Shown one piece after another: positions 38,401 to 50,089 of a stretch of 64,000 nucleotides of DNA. Below the pieces are notes generated by a model. That model was given only the letters and a program-made list of their open reading frames with translations, ran no database searches and was not told the origin of the DNA. This DNA comes from Macrostomum lignano (lineage: Eukaryota), in NCBI GenBank assembly GCA_002269645.1, contig NIVC01001221.1, positions 1 through 64,000 on the forward strand. Reading direction: 5' to 3'. A program made the translations under genes and the position numbers. Position 1 is the first letter of the stretch, and each line of letters opens with the position of its first letter.

Positions 38401-41400
38401 AACCTCTTGGCCTAAAAAACCTTTGCACTTAAACTTTAATCCATACGATCTGCTTGCAACCTTGACTTTTGTTTGCTTTTAATTATTTCAGCTTTCTACA
38501 CAGGAAAGTTCCGGAGAGAGAAGCATAGATCTACTCAGTGAGGTCTGCTCTCAACTAGAGCTCAAGTGCTTTAAAAACCTGAAAACTGTTTGGATAAATA
38601 AGCCAGCCTCACCTCCTCCATCTGGACTCCGACTTTCCTCAGGTTGCCTTCAAACCTGCGACGATAAACAGCCTTGCGCTGCTCCCAGGGGTCCTCGGGG
38701 TCGTCGTCAGCTCGTTGCAGGTCCTCCTCCCACACGATCACAAAGTCTGCGAGAGGTTAAAGAGAAGACTGAAGAGAATTGGCTGCAATTTAGCAAATCA
38801 ATTTTCTTTGACTATATAAGATAACCAAGTCTGGTCTCTGTGGTGCAAACAGAAAGGTAGTGCCAACGGCCTCATTAAGATAATTGGTGCGACTTGTAAA
38901 CTTTGGCAAAAAACAATATAGAAGCATTAGAGAATGGAAAAATTAGTTGAAAGTTGTATCCGGCCGTGTATTCCTCTAAACAAATATAACCCGAATATAT
39001 CAACCAGGAACATGTGCTCAGGGGTCTGACTGCTAGCTGTTGTCACTTTGATTTGAGTGCAGTGGCCAAAGATCTTTGCAAATATAAACATAGCCCCGAA
39101 ACCACAAACCTTAAACCATAAACCCTAAACTCTAATTTATAAACCCTGACCTCAAAGCCTAAAAATAAATCCTAAACGCTAAACCCTTAATAATGACGAT
39201 AACCCTAACCTTAAACCCTAAACCCTAACCTCTAAACCAGACACTAAAATCTTACTCTAAACCCTAAAACCTAACCACTAGACCCCAAACACGAACCCCT
39301 AAACAATAAACCCTAAACCCTAACCCTGAACCCTAACCCATAAAAACCCTAAACGCTAAGCCCTAAACCCTAAACCCTAACCCAAAAAACTCAGAACCCT
39401 AAGCCCTAAACCCTAAACCCTAAGCCCTAAACCCTAAACCCTAACCCATAAAACCCTAAACCCTAACCCATAAAACCCTAAACCCTAAGCCCTAAACAAT
39501 AAACCCTAACCCATAAAAACCCTAAACGCTAAGCCCTAAACCCTAAACCCTAACCCAAAAAACTCAGAACCCTAAGCCCTAAACCCTAAACCCTAAGCCC
39601 TAAACCCTAAACCCTAACCCATAAAACCCTAAACCCTAACCCATAAAACCCCAAACCCTAAGCCCTAAACCCTAAACCCTAACCCATAAAACCCTAAACC
39701 CTAAGCCCTAAACCCTAAGCCCTAACCCAAAAAATCCTAAACCCTAAGCCCTAAACCCTAAACCCTAACCCATAAAACCCTAAACCCTAAACCCTAACCC
39801 ATAAAACCCTAAACCCTAAACCCTAACCCATAAAACCCTAAACCCTAAACCCTAACCCATAAAACCCTAAACCCTAAACCCTAACCCATAAAACCCAAAA
39901 CCCTAAACCCTAAGCCATAAAAACCCTAAACCCTAAGCCTTGAACCCTAAACCCTAACCCATAAAACCCTAAACCCTAAGCCCTAAACCCTAAACCCTAA
40001 CCCATAAAACCCTAAACCCTAAGCCCTAAACCCTAAGCCCTAACCCAAAAAATCCTAAACCCTAAGCCCTAAACCCTAAACCCTAACCCATAAAACCCTA
40101 AACCCTAAACCCTAACCCATAAAACCCTAAACCCTAAACCCTAACCCATAAAACCCTAAACCCTAAACCCTAACCCATAAAACCCAAAACCCAAAACCCT
40201 AAGCCATGAAAACCCTAAACCCTAAGCCCTAAACCCTAAACCCTAACCCATAAAACCCTAAACCCTAACTCATAAAACCCTAAACCCTAACCCATAAAAC
40301 CCTAAACCCTAACCCATAAAACCCTAAACCCTAAACCCTAACCCATAAAACCCTAAACCCTAAACCCTAATCCATAAAACCCTAAACCCTAAACCCTAAC
40401 CCATAAAACCCTAAACCCTAAACCCTAACCCATAAAACCCTAAACCCTAAACCCTAATCCATAAAACCCTAAACCCTAAACCCTAACCCATAAAACCCTA
40501 AACCCTAAACCCTAAACCCTAACCCATAAAACCCTAAACCCTAACCCATAAAACCCTAAACCCAAACCCGGCACTCACCAACTCGTCGAACACCGTCGGC
40601 AAAGTAGCAGCCGGACTCGAGCCGGCGCTGGGACCGAGACTGGGCCAGCAAGCCGAGGCCGCGATCTCCCACGCCGTCGTCGCAGGCCTCCGGCTCGTCT
40701 GGGCGGCTCTGAGATTTGAGCAGTGTTTCTTTAAAGAAACTGTTTTTAAGATTAATCGTGAAGAAAGTAGTTTCAGCAACAGGAAACAGAAAGCATAGAG
40801 AAATATAGCACTTATCAAATCTAATTTTAGATAAAGTCTCATGCTCCAATCTCATATAGTCTATCTATACCTACAAAATCTGAATCTCAGAGTAGATTTA
40901 CCTACAAATCTAATCTCATATAGTAGATCTATCTTACAGATCTAATCTCATATAGTAGATCTATCTTACAGATCTAATCGCATACAGTAGATATACCTTA
41001 CAGATCTAATCTCATATAGTAGATCTATCTTACAGATCTAATCGCATATAGTAGATCTATCTTACAGATCTAATCGCATATAGTAGATATATCTTACAGA
41101 TCTAATCTCATATAGTAGATCTATCTTACAGATCTAATCGCATATAGTAGACCCACCTTACAGATCTAATCTCATATAGTAAATCTATCTTACAGATCTA
41201 ATCTCATTTAGTAGATCTATTTTACAGATCTAGTCTCATATAGTAGATCTATCTTACAGATCTCATCTCATATAGTAGACCCACCTTACAGATCTAATTT
41301 CATTTAGTAGATCTATTTTACAGATCTAGTCTCATATAGTCTATCTATAATACAATATATAATATACAAGATCTGAATCTCAGAGTAGATTTACCTACAA

Positions 41401-43066
41401 ATCTAATCTCATATAGTAGATCTTACAGATCTAATATCATGTAGTAGATCTATCTTACAGATCTCATCTCATATAGTAGACCCACCTTACAGATCTAATC
41501 TCATTTAGTAGATCTATTTTACAGATCTAATCTCATATAGTCTATCTATAATACAATCTATAATATAAAAGATCTGAATCTCAGAGTAGTTTTACCTACA
41601 GATCTGATCTCATATAGTAGATCTATCTTACAGATCTAATCTCATATAGTAGATCTATCTTACAGATCTAATCTCATATAGTAGATCTATCTTACAGATC
41701 TAATCTCATATAGTAGATCTATCTTACATATCTAATATCATGTAGTAGATCTACCTTACAGATCCAATCTCAGAGTAGATAAACATACAGATCTACAGAT
41801 CTAATCTCTTAGTAGATCCAATACTAACAAATCTAATCTTCTGGTATTATCTGAGATCTGGTCCTGATCTCAGGACTGGCAACTCTCTTGTTGCTGTGAA
41901 GAATGTTCCAAGTACACCTTGCATCAGTAACTAAGCATTGGTAAGCATACTGAAGTGCCACACTTTCAGCTCTAATGCAGGTAACTGCAAATTTCAGGTA
42001 ATTTATGCTTGCATTTCCTCACCAACCTCCCCACAGCTTAACTCTCTAAGAAGTCTACTCAAGATACCAAAGTCTCAATCAAGCTTAACCATACGCTTGA
42101 GCCAGTGAATGGCGCCAACATACACGGATGTACTTTAAAAATCTTAATTCCCTTATACAGACCAGATCCAGCAACAGAGCTCAGATTTTAGTTACACGGA
42201 ACTTTGCTGAGTTGGATGGAATTGAAATCTTGACGAACAAAGGACAAGTAGCTAGGCGTCATGAGTGACCAAAGTTAATTGTGGCGCCAATCTAGTGTGG
42301 CGCCAATCTAGTGTGGCACCAACTTGTAATGTGGCGCCACACTAGATATGTGTCTCAGTGGTGCCACATTAGATTTGTGTCTCAGTGGTGCCACACTAGA
42401 TATGTGTCTCAGTGGCGCCACATTAGATTTGTGTCTCAGTGGTGCCACACTAGATATGTGTCTCAGTGGCGCCACACTATATTTGTGTCTCAGTGGCGCC
42501 ACATTAGATTTGTGTCTCAGTGGCGCCACATTAGATTTGTGTCTCAGTGGCGCCACATTAGATTTGTATCTCAGTGGCGCCACATTACGGTTGTGTCTCA
42601 ATGGCACCACATTAGATTTGTGTCTCAGTGGCGCCACATTAGATTTGTGTCTCAGTGGCGCCACATTAGATTTGTGTCTCAGTAGCGCCACATTACGGTT
42701 GTGTCTCAATGGCGCCACATTAGAACTGTGTCGCAGTGGCACCAAATTAGGTTTGTGTCTAAGTAGCGCCACATTAGATTTGTGTTTCAGTGGCACCACA
42801 TTAGATTTGTGTCTCAGTGGCGCCACATTAAATTTGTGTCTCAGTGGCGCCACATTAGTTTTGTGTCTCGTGCAGTGGCGCCACATTAGATTTGTGTCTC
42901 AGTGGCGCCACATTAGATTTGTGTCTCTATGGCTCAGTAGTGAAAGAAAAACATTCAATCATTGAGTTACCTTAGTCGGCATCAGCTTGGCTCTATCGCT
43001 GCTGGAGCCGCCATTAATACTGCCGTATGTGTCCATTGGCATGGACACCGATCTGGTCTCCGACAT
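26496..43066 (-). CDS. ANO7: Anoctamin/TMEM16 family protein, ANO7-like, 16 exons, 880 aa
   Basis: Exons (minus): 43066-42971, 40708-40579, 38746-38613, 38189-38082, 35852-35716, 35626-35458, 35087-34925, 34804-34714, 34007-33841, 33721-33501, 31020-30825, 30381-30270, 30185-30033, 29320-28978, 28072-27848, 26693-26496. All introns are GT-AG with compatible phases; total 2643 nt with no internal stop. Motifs: [115 protein letters not shown]. The paralogue assignment and the exon 1-2 link are less certain than the family. Confidence 0.93.
26765..27785. repeat. 29-bp minisatellite (GTAGTGGCGGCACATCAAAGGATTCTAGA) in anoctamin intron 15
   Basis: Tandem units are visible. Confidence 0.93.
28140..28970. 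repeat. ~34-bp CCGCCC-containing minisatellite in anoctamin intron 14
   Basis: AATCCGCCCATTTTCCGCCCCATTAATAATCCAG and related units. Confidence 0.9.
29470..29975. repeat. CT-rich low-complexity/degenerate repeat in anoctamin intron 13
   Basis: Polypyrimidine tract on the plus strand. Confidence 0.9.
30405..30715. repeat. 35-37 bp minisatellite (GATTCTAAAAATAGCTCAGGGATTCTCTGTACACT) in intron 11
   Basis: Tandem units are visible. Confidence 0.85.
31143..32912. repeat. Compound 14-bp satellite: (GGGAGAATCCCTTC)n to 32407, then 35 copies of GGGAGATTCCATAA (32408-32897)
   Basis: Directly visible, with an abrupt in-register switch of unit. Confidence 0.96.
33175..33436. repeat. Degenerate 14-bp repeat (TAGAGAATCGCTCA)
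   Basis: Tandem units related to the neighbouring 14-mers. Confidence 0.85.
34019..34200. repeat. Telomere-like TTAGGG/TTTAGG repeat (24-bp unit TTAGGGTTTAGGTTAGGCTTCAAT) in intron 8
   Basis: Directly visible. Confidence 0.85.
34627..34693 (-). pseudogene. tRNA-related fragment (SINE head or tRNA pseudogene) in anoctamin intron 8
   Basis: Minus strand: A-box-like TGGCTTAGGGGATAAGCG and B-box GGTTCGAATCC at tRNA spacing. I could not fold an acceptor or anticodon stem. Confidence 0.5.
35272..35432. repeat. 49-bp tandem repeat (~3 copies) in intron 6
   Basis: GGGAGTGAGGTGGCGGTAGAAAGAGACAAC... recurs three times. Confidence 0.85.
36180..36490. repeat. 37-bp minisatellite (AATCGATGATTCTAAAAATAGCTTTAGAACTCCTCTC) in intron 4
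   Basis: Tandem units are visible. Confidence 0.85.
37100..37980. repeat. CT-rich repeat (CTCCTCTCACC-type) in intron 4
   Basis: Directly visible. Confidence 0.9.
39105..40566. repeat. Interstitial telomere-like array mixing CCCTAAA, CCCTAA, CCCTAAG and CCCATAAAA in intron 2
   Basis: Directly visible; frequent 23-bp unit AAACCCTAAACCCTAACCCATAA. Confidence 0.93.
40860..41835. repeat. 32-bp minisatellite (TAGTAGATCTATCTTACAGATCTAATCTCATA) in intron 1
   Basis: Tandem units with AGATCT palindromes. Confidence 0.92.
42280..42925. repeat. 27-bp minisatellite (GTGGCGCCACATTAGATTTGTGTCTCA) in intron 1
   Basis: Tandem units, 9-aa periodicity, palindromic GTGGCGCCAC core. Confidence 0.93.
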
Positions 43067-43951
43067 GCTTTCAATTCTTTCAAATCCGACTCTCAAATGA
43101 ACAAAAAATGTCGATCACAGCTCTCGGCGGTTCCTTACTTTCACTTTTTTATTCTATACGAGTATGAAAGTGAGTGAGTTCCAGTGCTGGAATGAGCTGT
43201 CTGAGTCTATACTCACTCATACACTTTGTTACATATGCATTTTTATCCCAATCTGTATGGGAAAACACAACGGACGCAGGAGGGAGCAGGATTGGTGCAG
43301 AGTTCTGTGTATTGCTCAGCTGTTCCGCTTTCCCCGCAACCCCATGCCAGCCATGCAGTTGGGAAAGATTTCAAATACGCTTCGAAAAGCTATGTGCAGT
43401 ACAGTTCTTCCCAGAGCCAGAGGCTATTTCCTACCACCAACAAAAATTATAGAAAACTAAAGTTTTTTTGCTGGTCCTGGAGTCCGGAAGCAGCAATGAT
43501 ATCGATTTTTATTGGAGAGTTGTGTGTTTGACAGAAGTCGCACACATCAATCATTGTTAACTAAAATTAATACGGAGCGTTCTGTATCAGTTTTGAAGCG
43601 ACCATACAATTCCTTTCAACACGGAGCAGCAATCAGGATTTGAGCATAAGCCACTGCATAAGCCCAGGCGTTGGATCAATAAATTGGAAATTCTTCCAAA
43701 AAATTCCTACCCTCAATCTGTCTGACTGCAATTTCAGCGATAGCTCCTGTGCAGTGCGCGGTGTGACACACGTGTGCCGGGACATGAAAGCCCCCATGCA
43801 GTGCTGTGGCTCATGGCTATGGAGCAGAATGTAGAGATTTTCTATCCAGAGAAATACCGCAATGCAAATCTCGATCCGTTTCCCTTAGCCTTTACTTGCG
43901 TTCCGCCTAGAATTGTACTTTTTATCTTAGTCCACTAACCTGAATTATGGC

Positions 43952-44425
43952 TCTGACATGCTGACACTGGAGTTGGCGCCCCATCTGACATGCTGACACT
44001 GGAGTTGCCGCGCCCAATCTGACATACTGACACTGGAGTTGGCGCCCCATCTGACCTGCTGACACAGGAGTTGGCGCCCCATCTGACATGCTGACACTGG
44101 AGTTGGCGCCCCATCTGACATGCTGACACTGGAGTTGCCGCGCCCAATCTGACATACTGACACTGGAGTTGGCGCCCCATCTGACCTGCTGACACAGGAG
44201 TTGGCGCCCCATCTGACATGCTGACACTCGAGTTGGCGCGCCCCATCTGACATGCTGACACTGGAGTTGGCACCCCATCTGACCTGCTGACACAGGAGTT
44301 GGCGCCCCATCTGACATGCTGACACTCGAGTTGGCGCGCCCCATCTGACATGCTGACACTGGAGTTGGCGCCCCATCTGATCTGCTGACACTCGAGTTGG
44401 CGCCCCATCTGACATGCTGACACCC
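43952..44425. repeat. 32-bp minisatellite (CTGACATGCTGACACTGGAGTTGGCGCCCCAT)
   Basis: Tandem units are visible. Confidence 0.93.
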
Positions 44426-45474
44426 AATTTGGCGCTAACGCCTAAGAAGCATAAAGTTATAATTCAACATTGTCAACTTACCTGCCAAATTGAGTCCATA
44501 GGTACAACTCGTTAACTAAAGTTTCGAGTCGCTAACACGCCCGCTTACAAAGCATCTCAGCTTAGTTACCGCATAACTGTGCATCTTTGCGCGTGGGAAC
44601 TCAAAACCTACATGCACAGACAGCTCACGCTGTGGTGCTCATAAACAGTAGCCAACTGATAAAGCGTGCCAATTTGTCCGGGTCGGACTCGACTGTCTTC
44701 CTGTCTGCGCCTGGGCGAAAGACGATTAAAATAAGGATGCATGCATAAATAAGCAGGGAATGCTAGGGGATGGGGAGATGGAAAGAGGAGCTGGGGGGGG
44801 GAGAGATTCGGAATCAAGGAGAGTGAGAACAGCGCAGCATCCAATAGCGTTCGCTGCTCATTAACAGGTCCAGTTCTTTGCTTCTTTACTCCGGCCTCAG
44901 CCACTCTCTGCACTTCTTCAACTTTCTCTCTACACCCCATCCCCCACCCCTAGGGGGGGGGGGGGAGCGGCTCCGCTAGTCCAATATACTAAATATGTCT
45001 ATAAACTCTCTTATATGGTAGCCGTTGTGTTCAGTATGCTGGCGCCATTACTGTACAGAGTTTCGGCTCGTATGATGAGAAGTTCTCTCTTTATCGTTAA
45101 GTGCTAGTTTTACAATCATACTTGTTCGATTAGTTGCTACATTTACTTCATTATTCAATTTGGCCTATCCTTGTTGTCCATCCGTTCAGATCCATCCATG
45201 CACAATTGCAAGCAGAAATGAACAAAAGCAGAAGAAGCAGATTGAATTTCCATGTATTTGTCACGTGTAAACAGACTAAACTAAACGATATTGCTGCTGG
45301 ATTGGGGCTTTCGTCGGATCGTTATGTGAAACCATGTCCATCATCTGCACTTAAATTTTCTGGGAGGTCAACGATAGGTGGGGCAGCTCAAAAGTAACGC
45401 TTAAAGTAAAGTAGCTCTTGAACCTAAGGTGGCCTGGGTTTGATTCCGTGCGTGCATGGTAACTAGCTAAATAA

Positions 45475-45564
45475 TACTAACTAACTGACTAACTAACTAA
45501 ATGGCAAACTATCTGATAACGAACTAACTAGCTAGCCAACTAACTAACTAACTAACTAATAAAA

Positions 45565-45602
<38 letters not shown>

Positions 45603-45640
45603 GCTAGCTAGCTAACTAACTAGCTAGCTAACTAACTAAT

Positions 45641-45687
<47 letters not shown>

Positions 45688-45852
45688 TAAACGAACGAAC
45701 TAACTAACTAACTAACTAACTAATAAAATAACTAACTAACTAACTAATAAAATAACTAACTAACTAACTAACTAACAAACTGACTAATAAACTAACTAAC
45801 TAACTAACTAACTAGCTAGCTAGCTAACTAACTAGCTAGCTAACTAACTAAT

Positions 45853-45899
<47 letters not shown>

Positions 45900-45909
45900 T
45901 AAACGAACG

Positions 45910-45950
<41 letters not shown>

Positions 45951-45988
45951 GCTAGCTAGCTAACTAACTAGCTAGCTAACTAACTAAT

Positions 45989-46039
<51 letters not shown>

Positions 46040-46140
46040 TAAACGAACGAACTAACTAACTAACTAACTAACTAATAAAATAACTAACTAACTAACTAAT
46101 AAAATAACTAACTAACTAACTAACTAACAAACTGACTAAT

Positions 46141-46175
<35 letters not shown>

Positions 46176-46176
46176 T

Positions 46177-46207
<31 letters not shown>

Positions 46208-46228
46208 TAAACTAACTAACTAACTAAT

Positions 46229-46267
<39 letters not shown>

Positions 46268-46268
46268 T

Positions 46269-46315
<47 letters not shown>

Positions 46316-46416
46316 TAAACGAACGAACTAACTAACTAACTAACTAACTAATAAAATAACTAACTAACTAACTAATAAAATAACTAACTAACTAACTAAC
46401 TAACAAACTGACTAAT

Positions 46417-46451
<35 letters not shown>

Positions 46452-46452
46452 T

Positions 46453-46483
<31 letters not shown>

Positions 46484-46504
46484 TAAACTAACTAACTAAC
46501 TAAT

Positions 46505-46547
<43 letters not shown>

Positions 46548-46600
46548 TAAAATAACTAACTAACTAACTAATAAAATAACTAACTAACAAACTGACTAAT

Positions 46601-46639
<39 letters not shown>

Positions 46640-46664
46640 TAAACTAACTAACTAACTAACTAAT

Positions 46665-46695
<31 letters not shown>

Positions 46696-46696
46696 T

Positions 46697-46727
<31 letters not shown>

Positions 46728-46865
46728 TAAACTAACTAACTAACTAACTAACTAGCCAACTAACTAACTAACTAACTAATAAACTAACTAACTAACTAGC
46801 TAGCCAACTAACTAACTAACTAACTAATAAACTAACTAACTGACGGACCAACTGACTAACTAACT
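45475..46865. repeat. (CTAA)n microsatellite with TAAA/CTAG/CGAA interruptions
   Basis: Directly visible. Confidence 0.96.
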
Positions 46866-47859
46866 CCTCATTTTGCTACCCCAAAAAGTCGCTGGAGTGA
46901 ACATTTTCTGAATTTTAATGGAGTTACACCGCACGACTCAATCACAAAAAACTATTTTCTAGCGAATACAATCGATCATGAACAAAAACTGGCATTGTTT
47001 GTCAAAAAACCGTTTAAAAAACATCCAGAGCGGGATGCTGTGAGAGCGCTTACTTTATTTCTCAGGGATTTCCAGCGGAAGGGCAGCGCCTTTCAAACCC
47101 GAAGCCGCGTGTGCATCATTTCGATCAGGACCCAAGTCTCAGACAGAATTAGCTGCCGGAGCAGTTCTCCCCCGAGACACTCAAAAAATTGGAATCCTTC
47201 AAGACTTTGAATGCTTTCTTTTCCCAAGGCGCTCCATCGAGCCGCCATGAAAGCACTAATGCGATTCCAACCAGCCATAAAAGGTCTTTAAGAATGAAAA
47301 AATAAATTTAACCTCCCGAAATAGAAATTCGATAGAATAAGATTTTCGAAAATTATTTTCAGAAATACTACTTATTAACTAAGTAGTTAAAAGCAAAAAA
47401 GTTTTTCTTAAATCTTTAAGAACACCGTTTTCAATTTAAATAAATTCTAATGACGTGTGTATACAAAACAAGAGTAGTAAATAATTTATTTGTAACTAAT
47501 TAATCAATCAAATAATTAAGTATAGCAACTAACGTATGAATTTTGATAAGCAAAGCAACAAAGCAAATCATATCTATGAATTTAGAAACAGACTATTTCA
47601 ACCAATTAATTATTCGTACAATTTAAACACTGGGGTATATCGGCAACAGAAGCTAAGCTTTCCGAGTTCACAAGGTGAGCATAGAGAGAGAGACAATATG
47701 CAGGTAAACATGCAGAACTACTATGATCTGCAAAAGATTGTGGGCAGTATGGTCTTTAATTTAAATACAATTGATTATCGTGGCAAAGATTATTAAATTT
47801 ATATGGCATGATGAATACTGGTTTATTTGATTATAAATTTAATAGACATGGTGTTTAGA

Positions 47860-49065
47860 AGACTGACACATACATCTGACAGACAGACAGATACATCTGA
47901 CAGACAGACAGACAGATACATCTGACAGACAGACAGACAGATACATCTGACAGACAGACAGACAGATACATCTGGCAGACAGACAGACAGATACATCTGA
48001 CAGACAGACAGACAGATACATCTGACAGACAGACAGACAGATACATCTGACAGACAAACAGATACATCTGACAGACAGACAAACAGATACATCTGACAGA
48101 CAAACAGATACATCTGACAGACAGACAGACAGATACATCTGACAGACAGACAGACAGATACATCTGACAGACAGACAGAAAGACACATTTGACAGACAGA
48201 CAGACAGACAGACAGACAGATACATCTGACAGACAGACAAACAGATACATCTGACAGACAGACAAACAGATACATCTGACAGACAAACAGATACATCTGA
48301 CAGACAGACAGACAGATACATCTGACAGACAGACAGACAGATACATCTGACAGACAGACAGAAAGACACATTTGACAGACAGACAGACAGACAGACAGAC
48401 AGATACATCTGACAGACAGACAAACAGATACATCTGACAGACAGACAAACAGATACATCTGACAGACAGACAGATACATCTGACAGACAGACAGACAGAT
48501 ACATCTGACAGACAGACAGACAGATACATCTGACAGACAGACAAACAGATACATCTGACAGACAGACAAACAGATACATCTGACAGACAGACAAACAGAT
48601 ACATCTGACAGACAGACAAACAGATACATCTGACAGACAGACAGATACATCTGACAGACAGACAGACAGATACATCTGACAGACAGACAGACAGATACAT
48701 CTGACAGACAGACAGATACATCTGACAGACAAACAGATACATCTGACAGACAGACAGACAGATACATCTGACAGACAGACAGACAGATACATCTGACAGA
48801 CAGACAGATACATCTGACAGACAGACAGACAGATACATCTGACAGACAGACAGACAGATACATCTGACAGACAGACAGACAGATACATCTGACAGACAGA
48901 CAGACAGATACATCTGACAGACAGACAGACAGATACATCTGACAGACAGACAGACAGATACATCTGACAGACAGACAGACAGATACATCTGACAGACAGA
49001 CAGAAAGACACATTTGACAGACAGACAGACAGACAGACAGACAGATACATCTGACAGACACATTT

Positions 49066-49113
<48 letters not shown>

Positions 49114-49161
49114 CAGACTAACAGACAGACAGATACATCTGACAGACAGACAGACACATTT

Positions 49162-49201
<40 letters not shown>

Positions 49202-49249
49202 CAGACTAACAGACAGACAGATACATCTGACAGACAGACAGACACATTT

Positions 49250-49281
<32 letters not shown>

Positions 49282-49321
49282 CAGACTAACAGACAGACAG
49301 ATACATCTGACAGACACATTT

Positions 49322-49369
<48 letters not shown>

Positions 49370-49417
49370 CAGACTAACAGACAGACAGATACATCTGACA
49401 GACAGACAGATACATTT

Positions 49418-49472
<55 letters not shown>

Positions 49473-49490
49473 GGAGACAGAGAGCCAGAC
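47860..49490. repeat. (CAGA)n microsatellite punctuated by GATACATCT, giving 21-29 bp units
   Basis: Directly visible. Confidence 0.95.
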
Positions 49491-50089
49491 ACACACAGCA
49501 GCGGATTAATCCTAAAGAGCAGCTATACTAAAAACCGGATGAAGCATAATGGAAAGACACTCGGGCTGTGACTGAATAAACAGGCTAAAAGAAAAAGAAC
49601 AATCAAAGTTATTTACTTTTATTTTGCTCATTAATTGTCTGGTTGGAAATACTCTTATATAATACTAACAGTAGCAAGCAACATTGCAGTGAATTATTAA
49701 CAGCTGGCAGAAGAACGTGACAGCGGAACACACAAGAAAGAGTATTTCTATTGTCGAATGCTATTCCAAGGTTTCTTTCAAACTCGAATAAGGTCGTGAA
49801 GGTCGTACATTCATTGCTATTCTGATTCAAAGAACCAGTACTAAAGATAGGAATGAGCAGCTATAAGGCTTGCATACAGGAATATCAACACAGGTTTAAA
49901 AAACTAACACAAGCAATTAACACAAAAGGCACAAAATTCATGCGCTTGATACTACTAATAGTAAATATATTAGTACTAAGTACTAAGTTTTTTTCAATCA
50001 AGCAGCCGACATGTTTTGAAACCAAATCTCTCATATTAAATCAATTTATTATCCCATAAGATTTAGAAGCGATGCAGTGGGTGGGAAAC

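Noticed and set aside
39105-40566. A true chromosome end or misjoin at the telomere-like array
   Set aside because: Anoctamin exons on both sides join in phase (V|DFV), so the array is intronic.
43164-43860. Short overlapping ORFs upstream of the anoctamin
   Set aside because: No recognisable motifs or consistent splice structure.
46990-47800. Possible exons or ORFs between the CTAA and CAGA arrays
   Set aside because: Isolated splice-like signals, but no frame gives a recognisable or extendable protein.
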